Part shown: in pieces, positions 47,903-59,945 of the stretch
Numbering within the stretch: the first letter of the stretch is position 1
Layout of the letters: the number at the start of each line of letters is the position of its first letter
From: Calditrichaceae bacterium
Lineage (GTDB): Bacteria > Calditrichota > Calditrichia > Calditrichales > JBFXGD01
Assembly: GCA_050173015.1 (NCBI GenBank)
Contig: JBFXLE010000013.1
Span: forward strand, 38,263 to 102,262
Reading direction: 5' to 3'
Length of the DNA: 64,000 nt
Notes under the pieces: generated by a model
The model's input: only the letters and a program-made list of their open reading frames with translations
What the model was told of the DNA's origin: nothing
Databases searched by the model: none
Translations under genes and position numbers: made by a program

Positions 47903-50734
47903 ATGTCGAGAAAGAATTTAATCGTTGTAAAAGGCGCGCGTGAACATAATTTAAAGAATATAGATGTTCAGATACCGAGAGATAAATTTGTAGTCATCAC
48001 CGGATTATCCGGTTCAGGCAAATCAAGTTTGGCCTTTGATACTATCTACGCGGAAGGACAGCGCCGCTATGTGGAATCGCTGAGCGCGTACGCGCGTCAG
48101 TTTCTGGGATTGATGGAAAAACCGGATGTGGATTATATAGACGGTTTATCTCCGGCCATATCCATCGAACAAAAATCCACCAGCCGTAACCCGCGATCAA
48201 CAGTCGGAACAGTGACCGAAATATATGATTATTACCGTCTGCTCTTTGCCAGAATCGGAAATCCACATTGCTTTCAGTGCGGCCGGCCGGTTGAAAAACA
48301 GACCGTTCAGCAGATTGTGGATATAATACTTGCCTGGCCGGAGGGCACAAAAATTCAGGTGCTGGCATCGGTGATCCGCGGACGCAAGGGTGAATACAGA
48401 GAATTGTTTAACCAGTTCGCGAAAGATGGCTTTGTACGGGCCAGGGTGGACGGCAAAATTTATTCTCTTGATGATGAAATTCAGCTGATAAAGAACAAAA
48501 AACACGATGTGGAGCTGGTGATAGACCGGCTTGTCGTCGGATCCGATATACAAAAACGTCTCACGGATTCCGTTGAACTTGCCCTAAAACAATCATCCGG
48601 TCTTGTTTTTATCAACAAAGCCGATACTAATGAAGATATACTTTTCAGCGAACAATTCGCCTGTCCGCATTGTAATCTTTCCTTTGAAGAGCCGGTACCG
48701 CGTATGTTTTCCTTTAACAGTCCCTATGGCGCCTGTCCGAAATGCGATGGCTTGGGCGCGTTAACCGAAATTGATCCGGATCTTATTGTACCCGATGTTA
48801 ATCTGGCCATCAGGCAGGGGGCAATAAAGGTTCTGGGTGGACGGAATGAGGGTTGGCTGTTTGAAATGGTTCAGAGTCTCTCCGACGCCTATAATTTCAG
48901 CCTGGACACGCCATGGAAAAAGCTGCCGGAAAACATCAGAAATATCGTTTTGTACGGGCTCGGCGAAGAGGAGGTAAAGTTTACATATAAACGTAAGAAT
49001 ACCTATGTGGAGTGGCTGAGCCGTTACGAGGGAATTGTCAACAACCTTCTTCGGCGCTATAAACAAACCAGTTCCCAACACGTCCGAAGATGGATTGAAG
49101 GGTATATGAACAATGTTGAATGCAGTGAGTGCGGCGGTACACGGCTCAAAAAAGAAGCGCTTTCCATCACAATCAACGACATGAATATCTCACAGCTTAC
49201 GGATCTGTCCATCAAAGAGCAGGCGGTTTTTTTTGAAAATATTAAGCTGAATGAACAGGATAAAACAATCGCGCATCAGATTTTAAAGGAAGTAAAACAA
49301 CGTCTGCAGTTTCTTGTGAATGTAGGTCTTGATTATTTAACGCTCACCAGAGCGGCCGGCACACTTTCTGGCGGCGAAGCTCAGCGAATACGCCTGGCCA
49401 CTCAAATTGGTTCGCAACTGGTCGGCGTGCTGTACATTTTGGATGAGCCGAGTATCGGGCTGCATCAAAGGGACAATCAGAAACTCATATACACATTGAA
49501 ACACCTGAGAGATCTGGGCAACACCGTTCTGGTAGTGGAGCACGACCGCGAGACGATTGAATCGGCGGATTATGTCATTGACCTTGGTCCGCGCGCCGGT
49601 ATTCATGGCGGGGAAGTTGTCGCTGCCGGAGCGCCGTCTAAAATCGCGGCCAGTAAAAAAAGCCTGACCGGAATGTATCTTTCAAATATAAAAAAAATAC
49701 CTGTACCTCAGGGTCGCCGGAAAGGCAACAAGAAATTTTTGGAAGTGATGGGCGCCAGGGGAAATAATCTAAAAAAAATAAATGCCCGATTCCCCCTCGG
49801 GAAACTGATTTGCGTGACAGGGGTTTCCGGATCCGGGAAAAGTTCATTGGTGAATGAAACATTGTTTGCCGCGCTTGCTCGTCATTTTTACAGCGCTAAA
49901 AAGACCCCGCTGCCTCATGACCGTATCAAGGGGATCAATCATATTGATAAAGTGATAGATCTGGATCAGTCACCTATCGGCCGCACTCCGCGTTCCAATC
50001 CGGCGACCTATACCGGACTGTTCACGCCGATCAGGGATATATTCAGTCAGCTGCCCGAAGCGAAGATCCGCGGGTACAAACCCGGCAGATTCAGTTTCAA
50101 TGTCAAGGGTGGGAGATGTGAAAGCTGCGAAGGTGACGGTATCAAAAAAATCGAAATGCACTTTTTGCCGGATGTATATGTTCAGTGCGAAGTATGCAAG
50201 GGCAAGCGCTATAACCGGGAAACATTACAGATAAAATTCAAGGGAAAATCGATTGCCGAAGTGCTGGATATGACCGTCAATCAGGCGATGGAGTTTTTGG
50301 CGAATATTCCTGCCGTTTACCGGCGATTGAAAACGCTTTCTGATGTGGGGCTCGGATATATCCATCTGGGCCAGTCGGCAACAACACTTTCGGGCGGGGA
50401 GGCTCAGCGGGTAAAACTGGCGACAGAGCTTTCAAAGGTCGGAACCGGCAACACATTGTATATATTGGATGAGCCAACGACGGGATTGCATTTTGAAGAT
50501 ATCAATATGCTGTTAAATGTGCTCAATAAGCTGGTGGACAAAGGAAATACGGTGGTAGTGATTGAGCATAATCTTGATGTGATTAAAACGGCCGACTGGA
50601 TAATCGATATCGGTCCTGAAGGGGGTGACAGGGGCGGATTGGTTGTTACTTCGGGAACCCCTGAAGATGTGGCGGCAGCGGTCGACTCGTACACCGGAAA
50701 ATTTCTGAATATTGAATTTCAGAACGGCCGGTAA
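47903..50734 (+). CDS. uvrA: Excinuclease ABC subunit A
   Basis: [18 protein letters not shown], zinc fingers, LSGGEAQR twice, GVSGSGKSS; start set at MSRKN. Confidence 0.98.
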   Translation: MSRKNLIVVKGAREHNLKNIDVQIPRDKFVVITGLSGSGKSSLAFDTIYAEGQRRYVESLSAYARQFLGLMEKPDVDYIDGLSPAISIEQKSTSRNPRSTVGTVTEIYDYYRLLFARIGNPHCFQCGRPVEKQTVQQIVDIILAWPEGTKIQVLASVIRGRKGEYRELFNQFAKDGFVRARVDGKIYSLDDEIQLIKNKKHDVELVIDRLVVGSDIQKRLTDSVELALKQSSGLVFINKADTNEDILFSEQFACPHCNLSFEEPVPRMFSFNSPYGACPKCDGLGALTEIDPDLIVPDVNLAIRQGAIKVLGGRNEGWLFEMVQSLSDAYNFSLDTPWKKLPENIRNIVLYGLGEEEVKFTYKRKNTYVEWLSRYEGIVNNLLRRYKQTSSQHVRRWIEGYMNNVECSECGGTRLKKEALSITINDMNISQLTDLSIKEQAVFFENIKLNEQDKTIAHQILKEVKQRLQFLVNVGLDYLTLTRAAGTLSGGEAQRIRLATQIGSQLVGVLYILDEPSIGLHQRDNQKLIYTLKHLRDLGNTVLVVEHDRETIESADYVIDLGPRAGIHGGEVVAAGAPSKIAASKKSLTGMYLSNIKKIPVPQGRRKGNKKFLEVMGARGNNLKKINARFPLGKLICVTGVSGSGKSSLVNETLFAALARHFYSAKKTPLPHDRIKGINHIDKVIDLDQSPIGRTPRSNPATYTGLFTPIRDIFSQLPEAKIRGYKPGRFSFNVKGGRCESCEGDGIKKIEMHFLPDVYVQCEVCKGKRYNRETLQIKFKGKSIAEVLDMTVNQAMEFLANIPAVYRRLKTLSDVGLGYIHLGQSATTLSGGEAQRVKLATELSKVGTGNTLYILDEPTTGLHFEDINMLLNVLNKLVDKGNTVVVIEHNLDVIKTADWIIDIGPEGGDRGGLVVTSGTPEDVAAAVDSYTGKFLNIEFQNGR

Positions 50735-50922
50735 AATTTTATCCGCCCAAACTTGATTTAAAGGATGAGCGGGTTTAATTTCGGGCGGTGCCCCGATAAA
50801 GAAAACAGGATAAATCAGGAATCTATCGGGTGGTGGGCGCGCCGAAAGTAACGTGAAAAATTTGTTCTAAATGATTTTATAAATGACAACATCGTATCAT
50901 TTGATGCCGAAAGCCGTGTAAT

Positions 50923-51537
50923 ATGACATTTACAAATTACATCCTTCTTTTTATAGTCTCTTATCTGTTCGGATCTTTTCCAAGCGCGTATCTGATTATC
51001 AAATTTACATCCAAAAAGGATGTCCGCGAACAAGGATCGGGGAATGTGGGAGCATTGAATGCTTTCCGAACCAGCAGGAATGCCGCTGTCGGAATCCTGG
51101 TGCTGATTCTCGATCTGCTAAAAGGATTTCTGCCCGCATGGTATTTTACGCGGATTATGCCCATGGATTTTATCTTTCTCATGGCATTGGTTCCCGGTGT
51201 TCTTTCCGGACATGTTTACCCTGTATGGCTGAAATTTAAAGGTGGCCGGGGGCTGGCCGTAACCGCAGGCGCGCTTTTTGCTCTCGAACCGACTCTGGTG
51301 CTCATCTGGATGGGGATGTGGGGTGTCTTTTATTTGCTGCTACGCAAGCATATCGTCGCCAATATGGTCGCCACATTTTTACTCCCGGTGATCGTTTTTT
51401 TTACCAGAGACTGGCTATATACAAATGATATTCTGTTGATGATTTTACCGGTTTGTATGCTTATATTCTTTAAACATCTGGAGCGTATTCCGGATCTTGT
51501 AGAACACAAAAGAATTTCTATTAATAACGGAGAATGA
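50923..51537 (+). CDS. plsY: Glycerol-3-phosphate acyltransferase PlsY
   Basis: YLFGSFP, GSGNVGALN, DLLKG, GHVYP, FKGGRG. Confidence 0.9.
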   Translation: MTFTNYILLFIVSYLFGSFPSAYLIIKFTSKKDVREQGSGNVGALNAFRTSRNAAVGILVLILDLLKGFLPAWYFTRIMPMDFIFLMALVPGVLSGHVYPVWLKFKGGRGLAVTAGALFALEPTLVLIWMGMWGVFYLLLRKHIVANMVATFLLPVIVFFTRDWLYTNDILLMILPVCMLIFFKHLERIPDLVEHKRISINNGE

Positions 51538-51541
51538 GAAA

Positions 51542-52618
51542 ATGGAGTTAAAGAAAACGGCATTATACGAAGTGCATGAAAAACTCGGCGCGCGTATGGT
51601 CGAATTTGCCGGATTCCAAATGCCGATTCAATATCACAGTATTAGGGATGAACACAGGCGGGTCAGAGAAACGGTCGGTGTTTTTGATGTTTCACATATG
51701 GGCGAAATTGAAATTACAGGTCCGCGCGCCCTCGACATGGTGCAGCTCATCACAATTAATGACGCGTCGATGCTGGAAATCGGCCAGGTGCAATATTCAG
51801 CCATGTGTTATGAAAACGGCGGGATTGTGGATGATCTGCTGGTTTACCGGTATAGTGATAAATTTCTGCTTGTCGTCAACGCGTCGAATAAGGATAAAGA
51901 TTATGAATGGATGCTTAAAAACAAGATCGACGGTTGCGAAATCAATGATATAAGCGATAGCATCACTCAGATAGCCGTTCAGGGGAAAAAAGCGGAAGCA
52001 GCGCTTCAAAAATTAACAGGGGTTAACTTATCCGCCATCCAGTTCTATTGGTTTACAGAAGGAAAACTGGCGGACGTCCCGATGCTGATTTCAAGAACGG
52101 GGTACACCGGAGAGCCGGGATTTGAACTTTATTTTGAAAATAAATACGCTGTTGATGTCTGGAATAAAGTTTTCGAAGCGGGTAAGGAATATGATATAGA
52201 ACCGGTCGGTCTCGGAGCGAGAGACTCTCTCCGTCTCGAAAAGAAAATGTGTCTGTATGGAAATGATATCGATGCGGGAACCAATCCGCTCGAAGCCGGA
52301 TTAGGCTGGATCACGAAAACGGATAAGGGAGAATTTATCGGACGGGATGTCATCTTAAAAGCGAAGGAAGACGGATTATCACGTCGGCTGATCGCATTTA
52401 CGATGGATGAGGCTGGTTTCCCCCGTCATGGTTATAATGTAGTCAAAAACGGAGCCAAAATTGGCGTTGTGACAAGCGGAACGGTTTCTCCCATGCTGGA
52501 TAAGGGTATCGGACTGGCGTATGTCCCGGTTGAATGGTCAAAAATAGGAACAAAAATAGAAATAGAGGTCAGGAATAAACTTCTGCCGGCGACAATCATA
52601 AAACCGCCCTTTGTTTGA
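51542..52618 (+). CDS. gcvT: Glycine cleavage system aminomethyltransferase T
   Basis: FDVSHMGE, SRTGYTGE, GLGARDSLRLE, VTSGTVSP. Confidence 0.96.
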   Translation: MELKKTALYEVHEKLGARMVEFAGFQMPIQYHSIRDEHRRVRETVGVFDVSHMGEIEITGPRALDMVQLITINDASMLEIGQVQYSAMCYENGGIVDDLLVYRYSDKFLLVVNASNKDKDYEWMLKNKIDGCEINDISDSITQIAVQGKKAEAALQKLTGVNLSAIQFYWFTEGKLADVPMLISRTGYTGEPGFELYFENKYAVDVWNKVFEAGKEYDIEPVGLGARDSLRLEKKMCLYGNDIDAGTNPLEAGLGWITKTDKGEFIGRDVILKAKEDGLSRRLIAFTMDEAGFPRHGYNVVKNGAKIGVVTSGTVSPMLDKGIGLAYVPVEWSKIGTKIEIEVRNKLLPATIIKPPFV

Positions 52619-52778
52619 TCGGCTAAGACAATCCAATAAATTTGGTTTGAGTATGGCAGTTCCTTTGGTCGGGGATTGCCATTTTTTATTGAATAATCCA
52701 TTTCTGATTCGGGAGTTATTTTTCCTGCGCATATTTGTGGAAGAACATATTTCACATTGAGGTTCAAGGCACGAAGAA

Positions 52779-53513
52779 ATGAATATTGAAGTTATTTATT
52801 CCATTGATGATTTTGACGGCATTTCCCAAAAAACGGTCATTGTCATCGATGTTCTCAGGGCTTCGACATCAATCGTTACCGCTTTCGCGAACGGGTGCGG
52901 ATCCATTTACCCGGTTGAGACGATCGAGGCTGCAAAAATATTGTATACCAATTTGCCTGATGCCCTGCTATGCGGGGAGAGGGACGGGCTCCGGCCGGAG
53001 TTCTTTCACCTTGGAAATTCACCTTTTGAATACACACCCGAAGTCGTTAAAGGGAAAGATCTTATATTAACGACCACCAACGGAACCAGGGCTCTGGCGG
53101 TGGCAAAAAATGCGGGGACTATTTTAGTCGGATCTTTTGTAAACCTGATCGCCGTTATGGATAAATCATTATCCATCGGAAAGGATATTGTGATGCTGCC
53201 GGCAGGACGCGCCGGCGGATTCTCGTGGGAAGACGCGCTTTGCGCGGGACTGATGTCCCATGAATTAAACCGTCGTGTCTGTAATTTATCGATGGGAGAC
53301 GGGGCGCGATGGTCATATTATGCCGTTCTCGGTTTATTTGGTCAGAATCCGGCCCCATCAGCAGATCAATTGAGCGTCTTGTTGGGAAATACCGTGCATG
53401 GCATGCATCTAAAAAAGATCGGATTTGCAAAGGATTTACAGTTTTGTGCCGATATAAACCGCTTTAAACTCGCGCCGGCACTGTCAGGCGACAAACTCAT
53501 CATGTCCGTGTAA
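52779..53513 (+). CDS. comB: 2-phosphosulfolactate phosphatase family protein
   Basis: VIDVLRASTSI, GER.G, GNSP, TTTNGT, EDALCAG. Confidence 0.9.
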   Translation: MNIEVIYSIDDFDGISQKTVIVIDVLRASTSIVTAFANGCGSIYPVETIEAAKILYTNLPDALLCGERDGLRPEFFHLGNSPFEYTPEVVKGKDLILTTTNGTRALAVAKNAGTILVGSFVNLIAVMDKSLSIGKDIVMLPAGRAGGFSWEDALCAGLMSHELNRRVCNLSMGDGARWSYYAVLGLFGQNPAPSADQLSVLLGNTVHGMHLKKIGFAKDLQFCADINRFKLAPALSGDKLIMSV

Positions 53514-53580
53514 TATCTTGTTTTAATATGACTAATTAAGTATATTTTTCAAGTTTTCAAAGAAGCAGAATGAGTCATAA

Positions 53581-56025
53581 ATGGCAAAAAGAAAGTCAAA
53601 GGAAGCGAAAGAAAATAAACGTCAGGCGATCGGTGTCCTGCTTCTCGGGATCGCGCTTCTCCTGTTCCTCTCCATTATTTCGTTTAATGTGAGTGACCCC
53701 GTTAATTTAAGCGTAGAAGGGAACCGCATTGCGATCAATAACTGGCTGGGACCGCTGGGCGCTATGATATCGTACATCCTGATGCAATGGACTCTGGGTT
53801 ATCCGATTCTTGTTTTACCCGGGATCCTGGCGTTAATCGGTCTTTATACCGTGCAGGGTAAAAATCTGGAAGATCTTATCAGGCCTTCCATATCTTTTTC
53901 AGTCTGGGCATTATTTATTTCTGTCTTTCTGGCAATGCCGGAGGCGTTAGAAACGGCCGGTCAGATCACAGAATACTACCCCAGCGGACTGATTGGCGGG
54001 TGGATTGCTTCAAAATTTATTATTTACCTCGGAAAATTCGGCGGACTTTCACTTCTGCTGTTCTTAACGCTCGCGCTACTGGTGCTTACAATGAGAATTG
54101 AAGTTACAGGAATCATCGCTGTGTTATCCGATCAGATAAGATCGCTTAGAGCGATCGCTCGCTCAAAATGGGATCAGTTTTTGGAACAGCGTCAGCAGGC
54201 TAAAGAGATCAGACTGATCAGAAAACAGGAGCAGGAAGAGCAGAAGAAACAGGAAGAGCAAAAAACAAAATTACCAACGGAAGAAAATCCTCCGGAAATT
54301 AAAATCGGTGAACCCACCGAAAAAATTTCCGTTCAGGATGAATCACATGAAAATACTGATTCTGAAGATTCCGGTCTTATTGAAACATCACTTGATGAAA
54401 TAATCGCGCAGATTGACAAGGCTCAGCGTAATAGGCAGCAAACCAGGCCCGAACCGGCTGAAAAAGAGACGGAGGGGGAAGAAGACGTTGATTTTGAATT
54501 CCGGGAAGAGACAAAAGATGTCGAACTGGATTACGATGATCTTGTAAAAGAGAGTATTGCCAGATACAAATTTCCTTCGATCGATCTTCTTGAAGATCCG
54601 GTTTCGCAGGAAACAACTATCACAAAGGAAGAATTAAAATCAAATGCCGAGCTTCTCGAACTGAAACTGCTTGATTTCGGAGTGAATGCCAAGGTTATCC
54701 GTGTGACCGCCGGCCCGGTAATCACACTATATGAGTTACAGCCCGCTCCCGGTGTCAAGGTAAGTTCGATTGTTAATCTCGCCAATGATCTTGCCTTAGC
54801 GATGGAAGCGCGCGGGATCCGTATGATTGCTCCGATTCCGGGTAAGGCGGCTGTCGGAATCGAAATTCCGAACAGAAACCCACAGATGGTTTATCTTAAG
54901 CCTTTAATCCGTTCGGAAAAATTCAACACCTCAAATTTTGAACTGCCTCTGGCGCTTGGAAAAACGATTAACGGGGAATCATATATTACCGATCTGACAA
55001 AAATGCCCCATTTGTTAATCGCCGGATCGACCGGGGCGGGAAAGAGTGTCGGGATAAACACGATCATCGTATCCCTGATGTATTCAGTAAATCCGGGTAA
55101 AGTAAAATTTATGATGATCGATCCTAAAAAGCTCGAATTGTCTCTCTACAAAGAACTTCGTGATCATTATCTGTTATGGAGAACGGATCTTGATGAAGAG
55201 GTGATCACGAAACCGAATAACGCGGTAAGTATGTTAAACAGCATCGTTCTTGAGATGGAACGCAGATATGACAAACTGGCCCATCTCGGAGTGCGGAATA
55301 TTGTCGATTATGACCGACGAATACAGGAAGGCGGCAATAAGGTCAAAGACGCCAAATTGCAGCAGCTTCCATACATTGTAGTGCTGATTGATGAGCTTGC
55401 CGACCTGATGATGGTTGCCGCGAAGGAAGTGGAAACACCTATCGCGAGACTGGCCCAGATGGCCCGTGCTGTCGGGATTCATCTCATTGTGGCCACGCAA
55501 CGGCCGAGTGTTGATGTTATTACCGGAATGATCAAGGCGAACTTCCCGGCGAGAATAGCGTATCAGGTAGCAACCAAAGTCGATTCCAGAACGATTCTCG
55601 ATATGAATGGCGCCGAACAGCTGCTTGGCAACGGAGATATGCTGTTTTTACCGGCAGGATTGCCAAAGCCGGTGCGTTTGCAAAATCCCTTTGTCTCCAC
55701 GAAGGAGGTTGAAGAGGTTATTAACCATGTCTCCAGGCAGCCTAAATTGCCGCATTACAGTCTGCCGCAACCGGCGGAATCAAGGCAATCCGGAGGCGAA
55801 TTCAGCATGGGGAGCGATCGTGATCCGCTTTACGCCGATGCCAGGGCGATCGTAGTTCAGCATCAGCAAGGGTCTATTTCACTGCTACAGCGCCGTTTGA
55901 AAATAGGATACGCCCGCGCGGCGAGACTGATGGATGAGCTTGAAGAAGACGGAGTCGTTGGAGCGCCTGACGGCAGTAAGCCGAGGGAGGTATTAATGAC
56001 CCTTGAAGAATTAGGTCAGATTTAA
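53581..56025 (+). CDS. ftsK: DNA translocase FtsK
   Basis: 4TM N-terminus; PHLLIAGSTGAGKS, IDELADLM, ATQRPS; gamma domain LQRRLKIGYARAAR. Confidence 0.97.
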   Translation: MAKRKSKEAKENKRQAIGVLLLGIALLLFLSIISFNVSDPVNLSVEGNRIAINNWLGPLGAMISYILMQWTLGYPILVLPGILALIGLYTVQGKNLEDLIRPSISFSVWALFISVFLAMPEALETAGQITEYYPSGLIGGWIASKFIIYLGKFGGLSLLLFLTLALLVLTMRIEVTGIIAVLSDQIRSLRAIARSKWDQFLEQRQQAKEIRLIRKQEQEEQKKQEEQKTKLPTEENPPEIKIGEPTEKISVQDESHENTDSEDSGLIETSLDEIIAQIDKAQRNRQQTRPEPAEKETEGEEDVDFEFREETKDVELDYDDLVKESIARYKFPSIDLLEDPVSQETTITKEELKSNAELLELKLLDFGVNAKVIRVTAGPVITLYELQPAPGVKVSSIVNLANDLALAMEARGIRMIAPIPGKAAVGIEIPNRNPQMVYLKPLIRSEKFNTSNFELPLALGKTINGESYITDLTKMPHLLIAGSTGAGKSVGINTIIVSLMYSVNPGKVKFMMIDPKKLELSLYKELRDHYLLWRTDLDEEVITKPNNAVSMLNSIVLEMERRYDKLAHLGVRNIVDYDRRIQEGGNKVKDAKLQQLPYIVVLIDELADLMMVAAKEVETPIARLAQMARAVGIHLIVATQRPSVDVITGMIKANFPARIAYQVATKVDSRTILDMNGAEQLLGNGDMLFLPAGLPKPVRLQNPFVSTKEVEEVINHVSRQPKLPHYSLPQPAESRQSGGEFSMGSDRDPLYADARAIVVQHQQGSISLLQRRLKIGYARAARLMDELEEDGVVGAPDGSKPREVLMTLEELGQI

Positions 56026-56039
56026 CAAAGGAAACGATC

Positions 56040-56681
56040 ATGCACAAAAAAATGATATTCGTATTTACGATATTTTTATTTTCGGTGTTTCAGGCAGCAG
56101 CGGCGGATGATGTAAACGATATCATCAAAAATGTTCAGAAGACTTATGATAAGATGGAAAATCTGACCGCTTCATTCCGGCAGGTTGATACATTTGCCAT
56201 TACAGGTTCAGTTTCTGAAGCATCCGGAAGAATTTTTATAAAAGATAAAGTAAAGTATCGGTTCGAATCTGACGATCAGATAATAGTAACCGACGGCAAG
56301 ACGATCTGGACATTTAATAATATGACTCAGCAGCTGCTGATCGACAATGTCCGCAAGAATTCAGGCGCCCTGCTGCCTCGTGATCTTTTGTTTGAATATC
56401 CGAAAAATTATATTGCCACATCACTCGGTGAACAAAAGGTGGGCGGTGACAAGGCATACAATATCAGAATGGATCCAAAAGAAAATATACACGGTTATGT
56501 GAAGTTTATGAAATTATGGATTCAGAAAAATAGTTGGCATATCATTAAAATAGAAACCACTGATTTGAACGGGAATGTAAGTACCTTTGAAATCAGCGAT
56601 ATAGACGCAAAAAGCAAGCTGACCGATCAGATGTTCCGTTTTCAGGAGACGGATAAGATGCAGGTCGTTGACATGCGCTAG
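56040..56681 (+). CDS. lolA: LolA-family outer-membrane lipoprotein carrier
   Basis: Signal peptide; ASFRQ, IVTDGKTIW; conserved ftsK-lolA order. Confidence 0.8.
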   Translation: MHKKMIFVFTIFLFSVFQAAAADDVNDIIKNVQKTYDKMENLTASFRQVDTFAITGSVSEASGRIFIKDKVKYRFESDDQIIVTDGKTIWTFNNMTQQLLIDNVRKNSGALLPRDLLFEYPKNYIATSLGEQKVGGDKAYNIRMDPKENIHGYVKFMKLWIQKNSWHIIKIETTDLNGNVSTFEISDIDAKSKLTDQMFRFQETDKMQVVDMR

Positions 56682-56701
56682 TACCGGGAGACTCACACAT
56701 A

Positions 56702-57523
56702 ATGACAAAAATGGGCTATACCGATATTCATTCTCACTTTTTATTCGGAGTTGATGACGGCGCCCGAAATATTGATCAGTCTTTAAAGATGCTGGAACAG
56801 GCGGCATCATTGGATATAAGGAATCTTCTGGCAACACCTCACGCCACAGAGATGACAGAAGAAGGTGTGGGTCGCCAGATTCAGGATAATTTCAAAATAT
56901 TAAAGGATAAGGTCCTGGCGGAGAAGATTCCGGTTGAAATTTCGTTGGGTTCCGAACTGTTTTTTTCTGACCGGATTTACGACTGGCTGGAACATCCCTG
57001 GGCTACATTCAATGGCAACAAAAGATATCTGCTCTTTGAACTCCCGCTTATGGCCGTACCTGACGGAGTGAGCGATTTTATTTTCCGCTGTCGATTGAAA
57101 AATATCACACCGGTTTTAGCTCATCCCGAGCGATACGCGCGCCTTCATGATACACCCGAAACGATATATGAATGGTATCGGCAGGGATGTCTTATCCAGA
57201 TGGACGCGGGCAGTCTTACCGGGCAGTTTGGAAGTAAAGTGGCCGTATTCTCGGAACGGCTTTTAAAAACCGGGTTGTGCCAGTTTATAGCATCTGACGC
57301 CCATGATGTGGAATACCGGAGCTATAAAATACTGGCTGAAGCGTATAAAATAACACTTGACCTTATGCAACCGGAAGAGGCGGATCGTCTTTTCAATCAA
57401 AATCCGGCTCTCGCTGTAAAAGGCGGATCAATAGACGTTCCATCGTTGGACGGGCTGATAATAAATGATTCCTGGGTGAACAGGATTTTTGCAAGAATGA
57501 ACAGTATCAAAAAGATGTTTTAA
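56702..57523 (+). CDS. CpsB/CapC-type PHP tyrosine phosphatase
   Basis: DIHSH..GVDDG, ATPH, LAHPERY, ASDAH. Confidence 0.92.
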   Translation: MTKMGYTDIHSHFLFGVDDGARNIDQSLKMLEQAASLDIRNLLATPHATEMTEEGVGRQIQDNFKILKDKVLAEKIPVEISLGSELFFSDRIYDWLEHPWATFNGNKRYLLFELPLMAVPDGVSDFIFRCRLKNITPVLAHPERYARLHDTPETIYEWYRQGCLIQMDAGSLTGQFGSKVAVFSERLLKTGLCQFIASDAHDVEYRSYKILAEAYKITLDLMQPEEADRLFNQNPALAVKGGSIDVPSLDGLIINDSWVNRIFARMNSIKKMF

Positions 57524-57567
57524 GGATAAGCTCCAAAGCCGGCTGATCATTAAAAAGGAGAAGATCG

Positions 57568-59847
57568 TTGGATCAAAATGAACTGGAATTTAATGAACAA
57601 CAGTTAAGTCTGAATGATTATCTGCGGATATTATACCGTGGAAGATGGATAATTCTCATCTCATTCCTCGTGGTATTTTTGTTTACGCTGTATTACACCA
57701 TGACCGCGACTCCCGTCTATGAATCGACGACCTCAGTGATAATTGACCGCAATGGGGCGATGGAAAGAACCTTTTATGATATGGGTGGTTTTGGCGGGCA
57801 GAATACCACTATCGCCAATCAGCTTGAAATTATCAAGAGCCGTTCACTTTCAGAACGGGTTGTAAAAAGACTGGATCTCTCTGATGTTCGTGATTCCTTA
57901 GCGCTATTCCAGCCGAACAATCAGGGAGAATTTCTGACGATGAGGGGTATGATCGGTGTTATCCGGGGCAGTATGGAGGTTTCCCATAAAAAAGAAACGG
58001 ATATAATCCAGATTACCTATCAGGCGAGTACTCCTTTTGAGGCCGCTTATATAGCCAACACTATCGCCGATGAATTTCAATATGCAAATGCCGAGGCAAG
58101 CCGTGGTGAAATAAGCGATCTGCGTAAATTTCTGGAGACTCAGCTATCAAAGAAAGGCGAAGAGCTTCGGCTGTCGGAAGAACGATTGCGGGACTATCAG
58201 GAACGGGAAAAAGTAGCCAGTTTAGATGATGAAACATCCGGATTGGTTGGCCGTCTCTCTGAAGTGGAATCCATGCTTGAGCAGGCGCAGGTGGAACTTC
58301 AGGCAAAACTGGAAATGAAAAGTTCTCTGGCGAAACAGCTGGATGAACGTAAACAAACCCTTTCGACAGATCTAAGTGAGATATCCACGCCGTACCTAAG
58401 CTCGTTACAGCAGGAACTGGCATCCATTGTCGCGGAACGAACAAAATACACAACCGCCATCGAAATTGAAGTCCAGGATGTAAACAGGCGGCATTTCGAA
58501 GCGAATATTAAGCAATATGACGATAAAATCAGGGCGATGAAGCAGAAACTGGAGGAAGAGGCGCGCAAGATATCAACTTCGAGCATGGTAAAAGATCCTT
58601 TTCAGCTTTCCCAGGATCTTGTGACCAAATTATTGACAAGTGACGCGGATATCAAAACACTGACCGCTAAAATTAACGCGCTTCAGGATGTGGTGAGCGA
58701 ATACAGCAGAAAACTTGAAATTTTACCCGAAAAGGTGCTTGAACTGGCCCGTCTGGAACGGCGCAGGATGGTGGATGAACAGACCTTTATTATGATGACC
58801 CAAAAGATGGAAGAAACCAAAATCCAGGAAGCGGGTCAACGGAATGATGTCCGAATTATAGATGAGGCGATTGAACCATACGCTCCGGTCAAGCCCAAGA
58901 AGAAAATGAATCTCATGCTTGGCGCGTTGATAGGGCTTGGATTGGGAATCGGTCTTATATTTCTCGTGGAATATTTTGATAATACCATCAAGACTCATGA
59001 AGATATCGAACGAATGGGGTTGAATATTCTGGGCACCATACCGACAATCGCCACGGATAAAGTAGAGAAAAAAATGGAAAATAAGTTGTCGAGAATGGGC
59101 CCGATTGAAGGTAAAAAAATAGAAGCTCGTCTGATAGCGCATTTTGATCCGAAATCCCCGGTTTCGGAGGCTTATCGTACCCTCAGAACCAATCTGCAGT
59201 TTAGCAAAGTGGATGAAAAGCTCAAAACGATCCTTGTCACGAGTTCGGGACCGAAAGAGGGTAAATCCACAACGGCAGCGAACCTGGCTATCGCCATGGC
59301 TCAGTCCGGAAATAAGGTTGTGCTTGTGGATGCTGATTTACGCCGGCCGGTTGTTCATTCGATTTTCGGTCAGGAAAAAGATTCGGGGGTCACCAATTAT
59401 TTGATGGATGCTATTCCATACGAAGAACTGGCCAAAGAGACGCCGATGGAGAACCTGTTTATCATCACCAGTGGTATTCTCCCGCCAAATCCCTCCGAAC
59501 TCATCTCCTCGCATAAAATGGAAGGGCTGCTTGAAAAACTGAAGCAGGATTTTGATATCATTCTGTTTGACAGTCCGCCGGTGATCGCGGTTACAGACGC
59601 GGCCATTCTGAGCACAAAAGTGGATGGAGTTATTATCATTGTCTCATCCGGGCAGACAAATCGTGACGCGCTGCTTCGTTCGCAGTCGCTTCTTGATAAT
59701 GTCGGGGCGCGTGTACTTGGCTTCCTGCTGAATAATGTGGATGTGGAAGGAACATACGGAAGCTATTATTACTATTATTACCATAATTATTATTCAAAGC
59801 CCGGGAAGAAGATGAAAACCAAAAAATCCGGTGTTTTTTCAAGATAA
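57568..59847 (+). CDS. Wzc-type polysaccharide copolymerase / BY-kinase
   Basis: Wzz-like N-terminus, coiled coil, EAYRTLRTNL, GPKEGKST, DADLRRP, DSPP, C-terminal Tyr cluster. Confidence 0.94.
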   Translation: MDQNELEFNEQQLSLNDYLRILYRGRWIILISFLVVFLFTLYYTMTATPVYESTTSVIIDRNGAMERTFYDMGGFGGQNTTIANQLEIIKSRSLSERVVKRLDLSDVRDSLALFQPNNQGEFLTMRGMIGVIRGSMEVSHKKETDIIQITYQASTPFEAAYIANTIADEFQYANAEASRGEISDLRKFLETQLSKKGEELRLSEERLRDYQEREKVASLDDETSGLVGRLSEVESMLEQAQVELQAKLEMKSSLAKQLDERKQTLSTDLSEISTPYLSSLQQELASIVAERTKYTTAIEIEVQDVNRRHFEANIKQYDDKIRAMKQKLEEEARKISTSSMVKDPFQLSQDLVTKLLTSDADIKTLTAKINALQDVVSEYSRKLEILPEKVLELARLERRRMVDEQTFIMMTQKMEETKIQEAGQRNDVRIIDEAIEPYAPVKPKKKMNLMLGALIGLGLGIGLIFLVEYFDNTIKTHEDIERMGLNILGTIPTIATDKVEKKMENKLSRMGPIEGKKIEARLIAHFDPKSPVSEAYRTLRTNLQFSKVDEKLKTILVTSSGPKEGKSTTAANLAIAMAQSGNKVVLVDADLRRPVVHSIFGQEKDSGVTNYLMDAIPYEELAKETPMENLFIITSGILPPNPSELISSHKMEGLLEKLKQDFDIILFDSPPVIAVTDAAILSTKVDGVIIIVSSGQTNRDALLRSQSLLDNVGARVLGFLLNNVDVEGTYGSYYYYYYHNYYSKPGKKMKTKKSGVFSR

Positions 59848-59945
59848 ATGTGATCCCGGATAAATAAGAATTAATTAATTGAATTTATTTTTAGCATTGT
59901 CTTCTGGCGATAGCGAATACAAAACTTGAAGTTAAGGAGTTTGAT

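Noticed and set aside
50735-51541. Glycine riboswitch upstream of plsY-gcvT
   Set aside because: No recognisable glycine aptamer motifs; gcvT starts 4 bp after plsY.
52779-53513. comB as evidence of coenzyme M biosynthesis
   Set aside because: ComB-family phosphatases are widespread in bacteria without CoM, and no comA/C/D/E genes are in the window.
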